Assembly: GCA_017541325.1 (NCBI GenBank)
Contig: JAFXZI010000014.1
Span: forward strand, 45,741 to 109,740
Direction: 5' to 3'
DNA from: Bacilli bacterium
GTDB taxonomy: Bacteria > Bacillota_I > Bacilli_A > RF39 > UBA660
DNA length: 64,000 nucleotides
The notes beneath the pieces were generated by a model that saw only the letters and a program-made list of their open reading frames with translations, searched no databases and was not told the DNA's origin. The position numbers and the translations under genes were made by a program. This document shows positions 1-7,297 of the stretch, one piece after another (the stretch's first letter is position 1; the number at the start of each line of letters is the position of its first letter).

Positions 1-305
1 GTATTCATAATATTAGTATTACCATTTAAATTGCTACCATTCATGTTTCTAAAATTATTACCATTAACATTAGTTGTATTCATATTATTTGAATTACCAA
101 TATTATTCATAAATTCTGGATTATTCATAATATTTGTATTATTAATATTATTTCTATCCATCTCTTTCATAGCATTTAAAGTACTATTAACACTATCCAT
201 TGGATTATTCATAACATTTTGATTGTTCATATTATCTGGATTATTCATATTATCCATACCATTCATGTTATTAGTATTATTCATTCCATTCATATCGTTA
301 TCCAT
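1..305 (-). CDS. Asn/Met-rich low-complexity protein, N-terminal part only (ORF runs off the left edge of the window)
   Basis: Absent from the ORF track because no stop lies in the window. My translation from ATG 305-303 (AGGAGG at 311-316, 5 nt spacer) reads MDNDMNGMNNTNNMNGMDNMNNPDNMNNQNVMNNPMDSVNSTLNAMKEMDRNNINNTNIMNNPEFMNNIGNSNNMNTTNVNGNNFRNMNGSNLNGNTNIMNT and stays open to position 1. Confidence 0.55.
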   Translation of the reverse strand, partial: MDNDMNGMNNTNNMNGMDNMNNPDNMNNQNVMNNPMDSVNSTLNAMKEMDRNNINNTNIMNNPEFMNNIGNSNNMNTTNVNGNNFRNMNGSNLNGNTNIMN

Positions 306-338
306 AAATACCTCCTACTTTGCTTTTAATATTATTTA

Positions 339-1325
339 TTAATCATAATAAATACCCGCAGTTTTAAAATAATATTTTCCATCTTTATATGCAAATATAT
401 ATTTTATTTGTGTTGGAAATTCATCAAGATATGCTCCTTTTTTAGTATCAGGAGCTTTACAATTTCCATATTTATTTGTTTCAGAATTATATTCTTTTAC
501 ATAATAATTAGTAGTTATTGTAAGTAAATTATACTCTTGTTTAATATTATCAATTGAATCATCGCACATATCATAACCGCCAAGTACCAACGTTAAATCT
601 GGTGGTTGATAGTGATTTGCTTCATAAAACAATTTTTTATCCTTGTTATATAGTACACCATATATACCAAATTCTTTCACTTCATCATTTAGTTTTTCAT
701 CAAACATTTTTAAATATTGCTTTTCAACATTTTCAAGCGTTGCATATCTAGTTTTAGTATCTATTTTATACTTACAAGGGCCTCCCCATTCACAATTAGT
801 AACAGATAAATCTGATTCATAACATGAACTCATATGTTGTGCAAGTCCATCTTTATTTAATTGTTCTAAATCCTTACAAGCCATTAAATCTTTTTCAAAA
901 CTATTTCTAACAGCATATTCAAGTTTTAATGCTTCTAAATCAGTTTTATCTCCCAAACCAACTTCTTCAACTAATACATGTAGATAATGATCATAATTCT
1001 TAATTCTATATAATTCAAATAATTCTTTAACTTCTTTACTATCCTTAGTTAGTTTTGGTTGTTGAACAGTTTTATCAATCCAATCTTCTATTTTTATTTT
1101 TTTATTATCATTAGATTCTTTTACTGTTTTTTCTTCTGTCTTTTTGTTGTCTTTTGAAGAGTTGTCTGCTGTTTGAGTATCTTTTTTTTCTACTTTAACA
1201 GTATCTTTATTAGAATTCTCTTTTGATTTAGTATTGTTATACGATGTCTTATTATTTATTGTAGTTCCACAAATAATTGAAACAACACCAATTAAAATTA
1301 TAACAATTCCAATTATGCGTTTCAT
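339..1325 (-). CDS. hypothetical membrane-anchored extracellular protein (N-terminal hydrophobic anchor, Lys/Asn/Glu-rich linker, Cys-containing C-terminal domain)
   Basis: 329-aa ORF with hydrophobic N-terminus KRIIGIVIILIGVVSIICG. The second ATG (1325) is better spaced from GGGTGA. No catalytic motif recognised. Confidence 0.6.
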   Translation of the reverse strand: MKRIIGIVIILIGVVSIICGTTINNKTSYNNTKSKENSNKDTVKVEKKDTQTADNSSKDNKKTEEKTVKESNDNKKIKIEDWIDKTVQQPKLTKDSKEVKELFELYRIKNYDHYLHVLVEEVGLGDKTDLEALKLEYAVRNSFEKDLMACKDLEQLNKDGLAQHMSSCYESDLSVTNCEWGGPCKYKIDTKTRYATLENVEKQYLKMFDEKLNDEVKEFGIYGVLYNKDKKLFYEANHYQPPDLTLVLGGYDMCDDSIDNIKQEYNLLTITTNYYVKEYNSETNKYGNCKAPDTKKGAYLDEFPTQIKYIFAYKDGKYYFKTAGIYYD

Positions 1326-1350
1326 CATATCACCCTATAATAATCATATC

Positions 1351-1388
1351 AAAAAATCAAAAAAAGAGATAAATTTTTATTATCTCTT
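1351..1388 (-). terminator. rho-independent terminator after glyQS
   Basis: 9-bp stem 1364-1372/1380-1388 (aagagataa/ttatctctt), followed on the minus strand by a long T-run (plus-strand A-run 1351-1365). Confidence 0.7.
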
Positions 1389-1389
1389 T

Positions 1390-2763
1390 TTAGAAGTTTA
1401 CTTTTTCCTTTACATAGTCTATTACTTCATCTATAGAAAGAGTTATTTGTTCCATTGTATCTCTATCTCTAACTGTTACAGTACCATTATTTAAAGTATT
1501 ATCATCTATAGTTACTGCAAAAGGAGTACCAACTATATCTGATCTATGATATCTTTTACCAATGTTTCCAGCTTCATCATAATCACACATAAAATGTTTA
1601 GATAGTTTTTCATATATCTCTTTAGCTTTTTCAGAATGATATTTTTTAATTAAAGGAAGAACTGTTACTTTATATGGTGCAAGGAATGGATGAAATTTCA
1701 TATATTCTCTTGTTCCTTCTTCTGTTTCTTCTTCAGTATAACTATTAAATAGTAAAGCAAGACAAGTTCTATCAAGTCCATAAGTAGATTCAATAATAAA
1801 TGGAATAAACTTCTCATTAGTTTCAGGATCTAAATATTCTTGAGATATACCACTATACTCTTGATGTCTAGATAAATCAAAGTTAGTACGATTATGAGTA
1901 CCATTTACTTCACCCCATCCAAATGGAAACTTATATTCTATATCACATGCACTTTTTGCATAATGAGCTAGTTTTTCATGATCATGAAATCTCAAATCTT
2001 CTTCTGGAATACCTAAATCCATATAGAACTTTTTACCATATTCTTTAAAGAAATCATATAATTTCATATCTTCTCCTTCTTTACAGAAAGTTTGATATTC
2101 CATTTGTTCAAATTCTATAGTTCTAAAAGTAAAGTTTCCTGGAGTTATTTCATTTCTAAATGCTTTACCAATTTGTCCAATACTAAATGGTAGTTTAGTT
2201 CTCATACTACGAAGTACATTTAAGAAATTAACATATTCTCCTTGAGCATTTTCTGGTCTTAAATAAACAACTGATTTAGAATCTTGTACAACTCCTCTAT
2301 GAGTTTCAAACATTAACTTAAATTGTCTTATATCAGTAAAATCACTTTTACCACATACAGGACATGGTACTTTATTATCTTTTATATATTTTTGTGCTTC
2401 TTCATTAGTTAATTTATCTCCTAGACTACTATTAGTATAATCATTTAATAGATTATCTACTCTAAATCTATTTTTACAATGCTTACAATCCATTAATGGA
2501 TCAGCAAAAGAATCAACATGTCCGCTAGCTTCCCATACTCTAGGATGCATTAATATATCTGCATCAAGTTCATATGCATTAGGTCTTTCTTGAATAAATC
2601 TTTTTCTCCAAGCATCTTTAATATTATTTTTAAATCTACTACCTAAAGGACCATAATCCCAAGTATTGGCAAGTCCTCCATAGATTTCACTACCTTGAAA
2701 AATGAATCCATATTGTTTACAAAAATTAACCATTTTTTCCATATTCATATTATTACTACTCAT
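1390..2763 (-). CDS. glyQS: glycine--tRNA ligase, single-chain (alpha2) type
   Basis: 457 aa. N-terminus FIFQGSEIYGGLANTWDYGPLG and class II aaRS core. AGGAGG RBS, preceded by a T-box leader. Confidence 0.95.
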   Translation of the reverse strand: MSSNNMNMEKMVNFCKQYGFIFQGSEIYGGLANTWDYGPLGSRFKNNIKDAWRKRFIQERPNAYELDADILMHPRVWEASGHVDSFADPLMDCKHCKNRFRVDNLLNDYTNSSLGDKLTNEEAQKYIKDNKVPCPVCGKSDFTDIRQFKLMFETHRGVVQDSKSVVYLRPENAQGEYVNFLNVLRSMRTKLPFSIGQIGKAFRNEITPGNFTFRTIEFEQMEYQTFCKEGEDMKLYDFFKEYGKKFYMDLGIPEEDLRFHDHEKLAHYAKSACDIEYKFPFGWGEVNGTHNRTNFDLSRHQEYSGISQEYLDPETNEKFIPFIIESTYGLDRTCLALLFNSYTEEETEEGTREYMKFHPFLAPYKVTVLPLIKKYHSEKAKEIYEKLSKHFMCDYDEAGNIGKRYHRSDIVGTPFAVTIDDNTLNNGTVTVRDRDTMEQITLSIDEVIDYVKEKVNF

Positions 2764-2895
2764 AATATCCTCCTAAAAACAAAAACTTCTAGAATTTGTA
2801 AGGACGATTTATCGCGGTTCCACCTTACTTATTCTAGAAGAATCTCTCTTTGTATATAGCTCTGGGATTCCACCCCGTCATCGCTTCAATAACTA
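2764..2895 (-). promoter_or_regulatory. T-box leader (Gly), unusually compact
   Basis: Minus-strand RNA carries the T-box motif AAGGUGGAACCGCG (plus 2813-2826). The canonical antiterminator is GUAAGG / 7-nt bulge UGGAACC / CCUUAC. UGGA matches the U73 discriminator of tRNA-Gly. A 10-bp perfect inverted repeat (2831-2840 / 2786-2795) is followed by a U-run (2775-2785), then AGGAGG. GCGAUGA (GA/K-turn-like) lies near the 5' end. Confidence 0.7.
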
Positions 2896-2928
2896 AAGTT
2901 TAATACTTTTTTTTATTTTTGTAAAGAA

Positions 2929-4983
2929 TTAGTGATCAACTACTTCGATATTACCGGCTTGATGTTCAATTGTTCCTGTTTTAAATTTTTGATTTGCAAT
3001 TTGAGCACCTGTAAATGAAGTCCAGTTCCACTCTTTTCCAGTATTATTAATGATTTTAACTAAATAAGGGTCATTTGTTGCTGTTTTTGCAAAAATACCA
3101 TTATTCATACTAGTAACATATTTTGGAATAGATACAGTACCATATGTTCTCCAAGTATATGTACCTGATAATTTAGTTATTTTAGTCCCGTCAGGGGCAG
3201 TTTCTGGAATTACAAGAGTTCCTGTTGTTCCTGGATTAGGTCCAACGAAATCTGATATTTCATTGTATAAAATAGTACCATTTGTAACTTTAAACATAAA
3301 TCCGTTATGAATATATTCACTATTATTTGTAATAACGTTATGATAAAAAGTATTAGTATCAATTGTTAAATTTGGTACATCTGATATAGGAGGCAAGTTT
3401 AATGTTTTAATATTACAACTTAAGAATGCTGCTCCTGAAATTTTTGTTAATGTTACCCCTTCTTTTTTTGCTGGTATAGTTAAAGCATAATTAGCAACTC
3501 TTCCTCCACCATAACTAACAATAGTTGTATAATCCCATTTTCCCTTTCCAGGATTATCTGGATCGGCTATTCTTTTATAGAAAATACCATCTATTCCATC
3601 CATTTTATTTTGAACAAATGCTCCTCCTCCAATTGATGTAACAGTATCAGGAATATCAATAGATGATAATTGATTTCCTCTAAATGCAGTTGAACCAATT
3701 GTTTTTAAATTTGCAGGTAATTTAACACTTGTTAAACTATTACTATAAAAAGCAGAACTATTAATTGTTTCTACTGAATCTGGAATAGTAACAGATCCTT
3801 TTAATCCAGCACTTTGGAAAGCACTACTATCTATAGTTTTTAATTGATATCCGTTTTTCCATTCAGGAATTACTATATTTTCTCTTGTTTCTCCACCATA
3901 ACCTACAATTGTAGTAAAGTCTTTTGATCCATTAGACTTTGTTTTATAAATAAATGCATTAGCATCAGTAAAATTATTGTTTGAGAATGCTGCTCCACCG
4001 ATTGTTGCATTACTATTTATATCGATATCTGATAAACAGTTACCTTGGAACGCATATGATCCAATACTCTTTAATGAAGCCGGAAGAGTTACATTACAAA
4101 TCTTATTACTTGCAAATCCATATGAACCTATTTTTTCTAGTCCTTCAGGAAGAATTAATTGTTGAATTTTTGAATTATAAAAACCAAAATCTTCAATTGT
4201 TTTAACTGACTTAGATAGTTTTACGCTTTTTAAATTATTTCCTTGGAATGCTGCATATCCAATTGTAACAATTCCATCATATGAACGAACACTTGTTATT
4301 CCTTTACCTTTAAACGCCCTATTTCCTATTCGTGTTACTTTTAAATTACCTATTTTAGAAGGTATATCAACATCTAATCCACAACTAGTATTATAGTTAG
4401 TTATTGTTATTGTCTCATCTTCATTTTCTTCCCACTCATAACAATCTTGTCCTTGTTCTAAGGTTATATTTACTGTAGGTTCTGTTTTTTCTTTATTTCC
4501 TTCTTCATCGACAATAACTATATTATCTCTTCCACCTATTGGGAAAGAATTATTAATAGTTTTATCATCAGTTACATAAATTTTACCAATTGATAAATCT
4601 TTTTCTGCAGTTAAATCAATCTTATGTCCTGTTTCATCTACACTTACCCAGTAATATTTAAATTCTTTTTTATTATTAATTACTACTACTACATAAGCCT
4701 CAACCCATTTTCCATAAGGACTATCTTTAACAGCACCATTATCTGTTTCTAGATTCTCTATATTATAATAATATGTAGTATTAGTATCTCTTGCTATTAA
4801 ATCATTTTTAGAAAGCATATTTGCACATATTTGAATGTACTCTCTAGCAGTATTAATATATAGTTTTCTTTTACTCTTGTCTATATAGTTTGATATTCCA
4901 AGAATTGCAATCATTCCCATTATACCTAATAATACAACTACTGCAATTATTTCTATTAAAGTAAATCCTTTTTGATTTTTCAT
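2929..4983 (-). CDS. type IV pilin-like protein fused to a large BspA-type leucine-rich-repeat domain (modular pilin/adhesin)
   Basis: ATG 4983 has AGGTGA 5 nt upstream; the ORF-track start 4992 is an in-frame GTG. N-terminus MKNQKG|FTLIEIIAVVVLLGIMGMIAIL is a class III prepilin signal (Gly-1, Glu+5). About a dozen degenerate ~23-aa repeats of the form IPxSVxxIGxxAFxxNxLxSVxL follow. Confidence 0.8.
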   Translation of the reverse strand: MKNQKGFTLIEIIAVVVLLGIMGMIAILGISNYIDKSKRKLYINTAREYIQICANMLSKNDLIARDTNTTYYYNIENLETDNGAVKDSPYGKWVEAYVVVVINNKKEFKYYWVSVDETGHKIDLTAEKDLSIGKIYVTDDKTINNSFPIGGRDNIVIVDEEGNKEKTEPTVNITLEQGQDCYEWEENEDETITITNYNTSCGLDVDIPSKIGNLKVTRIGNRAFKGKGITSVRSYDGIVTIGYAAFQGNNLKSVKLSKSVKTIEDFGFYNSKIQQLILPEGLEKIGSYGFASNKICNVTLPASLKSIGSYAFQGNCLSDIDINSNATIGGAAFSNNNFTDANAFIYKTKSNGSKDFTTIVGYGGETRENIVIPEWKNGYQLKTIDSSAFQSAGLKGSVTIPDSVETINSSAFYSNSLTSVKLPANLKTIGSTAFRGNQLSSIDIPDTVTSIGGGAFVQNKMDGIDGIFYKRIADPDNPGKGKWDYTTIVSYGGGRVANYALTIPAKKEGVTLTKISGAAFLSCNIKTLNLPPISDVPNLTIDTNTFYHNVITNNSEYIHNGFMFKVTNGTILYNEISDFVGPNPGTTGTLVIPETAPDGTKITKLSGTYTWRTYGTVSIPKYVTSMNNGIFAKTATNDPYLVKIINNTGKEWNWTSFTGAQIANQKFKTGTIEHQAGNIEVVDH

Positions 4984-5018
4984 AATATTCACCTACTTTA
5001 ATAATAACATTTTGTATA

Positions 5019-5049
5019 GTAAAAAAGAGATATTTTTATTGTCTCTTTT
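5019..5049 (-). terminator. rho-independent terminator after the YitT-family gene
   Basis: Stem aaagagata/tgtctcttt (5024-5032/5040-5048) with a T-run on the minus strand. Confidence 0.6.
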
Positions 5050-5073
5050 ATCTATTTTACTTAAAAATGTAAA

Positions 5074-5961
5074 TTATTTAGTTATTTTTCTCTTTTTCTT
5101 TAAAGTATTCTTAGCTTTTGTAGATTTAATATGATTTCCAATAATCTCAGATATATCAGAAACAGTTACAAATGCACTATTATCTTCATCATTTATAATT
5201 CGTCTAAGTTCTGGAAGTTCTAGTCTTGTTAAAACTACATAAATAATATCTTTTTTACCACTTATTAATCCAGAACCTTTCATAATAGTACAAGTTCTTC
5301 CAAGTCTTTCATAGATTAGATTAGATATTTTATCAGAATGATCTGTAATTATCATTATTTCTTTAGCTTGAGTTAATCCTTCACTTACAAAGTCTATTAC
5401 TTTAAAAGTAATTACATATGTAAGAAGTGAATATAAAGCTCTATCTATCCCAAAAATAAATCCAGCAGTTCCAAATATAATCATATTAAATAGTAATACT
5501 ATTTGCCCTACTGAAAAAGAAGTATTTTTACTAATTACAATAGCAACTGATTCAGTACCATCTACACATCCACCAGAACGAATTACAAGTCCAACACCAA
5601 TTCCAAGTAAAGCTCCTCCATAAACAAGTCCTAAAAGAGGATCTCCTGTAAGAGCTGGACTAGATGCGAACATTTCAAGTAGTAGTGAAAATAAAGCAAT
5701 ACTATATAATGCTTTTAATAAGAATTGTTTTCCTAAATTTTTATATCCAACATAAATAAATGGAATATTAATAAGAAATACAAGTAAACCTAAATTAATT
5801 TTAGATAGTTTATGAATAATGATAGAAATACCAGCTACTCCTCCATCTAAAATAGAATTAGGTATTAAGAACTCTTGTAGAGCAAAAGCTGCTAATAAAG
5901 AACCTAAAGTCATTCCTAAAAAATCGATAAATAGTTTTATTTCTTTACTTTTGTATTTCAT
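5074..5961 (-). CDS. YitT-family membrane protein (DUF2179-type C-terminal domain)
   Basis: 295 aa. Multiple TM helices followed by a soluble C-terminal domain (MIITDHSDKISNLIYERLGRTCTIMKGSG...). AGGTGA RBS. Confidence 0.75.
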   Translation of the reverse strand: MKYKSKEIKLFIDFLGMTLGSLLAAFALQEFLIPNSILDGGVAGISIIIHKLSKINLGLLVFLINIPFIYVGYKNLGKQFLLKALYSIALFSLLLEMFASSPALTGDPLLGLVYGGALLGIGVGLVIRSGGCVDGTESVAIVISKNTSFSVGQIVLLFNMIIFGTAGFIFGIDRALYSLLTYVITFKVIDFVSEGLTQAKEIMIITDHSDKISNLIYERLGRTCTIMKGSGLISGKKDIIYVVLTRLELPELRRIINDEDNSAFVTVSDISEIIGNHIKSTKAKNTLKKKRKITK

Positions 5962-5998
5962 ACCATCACCTATTATTAATTATATCACAAAATATGCT

Positions 5999-7144
5999 TT
6001 ATTCACTTTTTTCTCTATTAAATTTTTCTTCTACTAATCTTACTGGTAATGATTTATCTTTTAATATTGAATCTATAGATTGATCATTATGAATATTATA
6101 AATAATTTGTGCAATTAATTTTGAACAATCTGCAATATGTAACCATTTAGCTTTTTTATATTCTTCTGGAATATAAGATAAGTTTGTTGTATAAAGTCCA
6201 TTAAATTTACCAGCATTATAGTATTCTTCAAATTTATCTATTCCTTTTGTAAATAATGCATATGTAGTAGCAAGATAAATATATTTAACACCTAATTTAT
6301 TTAATTCTTCTATTATATCGAACATAGAGTTACCAGAAGAAATCATATCATCAGAAACAATTGCTGTATATCCATCTAAATCTTTCATACCACTATAATC
6401 ATGAGCAATAATTGGATATTTACCATCAACTAAATTATTATAATCTCTTTGTTTATAAAAGCTTCCTGCTTCACGAGTAATCTTTTTAGAATTAAATGAG
6501 TTTAAATAGACATTACGTCTACCAACAGCACCATTATCAGGAGCTACAAAGACTATTTTTTTTAATCTATTCATACTTAAATCATTAATCATTTTTTCAA
6601 GTATTTGATTTGTAGGAAAGAAGTTATCAAATTCCATATTATGAATAGCATGTTCTACTCCTTGATCATGTGCATCAAAAGTAATAAAACTCTTTACTCT
6701 ACTCATCATATCTAGTTCATGAAGCATCATACCACAAGCTAGATTTTCTCTTGTATTTCTTCTATGTTGTCTACCTGCATATAAAAGTGGCATAACTACA
6801 TTAATACTTTTAGCATGACAATTACATGCTCCTATACCATCTTTTAATTGTTGCATTAAGTCATTAGGACTCGTATGATTAATAAATCCATGCATTTTGT
6901 ATTCTAAAGAGTAATTACCAATATCTGTTAACATAAACATATCTTTTCCACGAACAGTTTCATTTATTTCTACTTTCAAATGCCCATCTTCAAAATAGTT
7001 TTGTTTAATCGGAATTAAAAAAGTATTTTTTTCTTTATCAAGATTATACATTTCTAATAAATGTTCATCTACTTTTTTCCCTAATTCTTCTGCACTATCA
7101 AATACCATTAGTCTTAAATTAATTGTTTCATTTTGTTTCTTCAT
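5999..7144 (-). CDS. ribose-phosphate diphosphokinase (PRPP synthetase) family protein, divergent long form
   Basis: 381 aa. Prs-like motifs: FEDGHLKVEINETVRGKD, PLLYAGRQHRR (canonical PYxxYARQDRK), TFDAHD, VAPDNGAVGRR, and the PRPP loop IVSDDMISSGNS. AAGGAG RBS. Confidence 0.7.
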   Translation of the reverse strand: MKKQNETINLRLMVFDSAEELGKKVDEHLLEMYNLDKEKNTFLIPIKQNYFEDGHLKVEINETVRGKDMFMLTDIGNYSLEYKMHGFINHTSPNDLMQQLKDGIGACNCHAKSINVVMPLLYAGRQHRRNTRENLACGMMLHELDMMSRVKSFITFDAHDQGVEHAIHNMEFDNFFPTNQILEKMINDLSMNRLKKIVFVAPDNGAVGRRNVYLNSFNSKKITREAGSFYKQRDYNNLVDGKYPIIAHDYSGMKDLDGYTAIVSDDMISSGNSMFDIIEELNKLGVKYIYLATTYALFTKGIDKFEEYYNAGKFNGLYTTNLSYIPEEYKKAKWLHIADCSKLIAQIIYNIHNDQSIDSILKDKSLPVRLVEEKFNREKSE

Positions 7145-7162
7145 CTTCTTCTCCTTTTCTAC

Positions 7163-7193
7163 ATAAAAAAGAGTAAGCTAAAAACTTACTCTT
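7163..7193 (-). terminator. intrinsic terminator inside the leader of the Prs-like gene (about 20 nt before its RBS)
   Basis: 8-bp stem agagtaag/cttactct (7170-7177/7185-7192), followed on the minus strand by TTTTTT and then AAAGGAG-ATG. Confidence 0.65.
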
Positions 7194-7254
7194 TGTTTAT
7201 ATTTAAATTACTACATAAATTGGATTTGTTAAACATATTACCATCTCCATTTTA

Positions 7255-7263
7255 AGTATATCA
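7255..7263 (-). promoter_or_regulatory. putative extended -10 promoter (TGaTATACT) for the Prs-like gene leader
   Basis: The minus strand reads ttatGATATACTtaaaatgg, lying between the flippase terminator and the leader terminator. Confidence 0.4.
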
Positions 7264-7269
7264 TAAGAA

Positions 7270-7297
7270 ATAAAAAAAAGAATATTAACTTATTCTT
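7270..7297 (-). terminator. rho-independent terminator of the flippase gene (overlaps its stop codon)
   Basis: Stem aagaata/tattctt (7278-7284/7291-7297), followed by an 8-nt T-run on the minus strand. Confidence 0.65.

Noticed and set aside
1-310. Irregular ttattcat/attcat repeats at the left edge, considered as a non-coding tandem repeat or satellite.
   Set aside because: The repeats are fully explained as Met-Asn-Asn codons of an open minus-strand frame with a strong RBS at 311-316. The spacing is not periodic at the DNA level.
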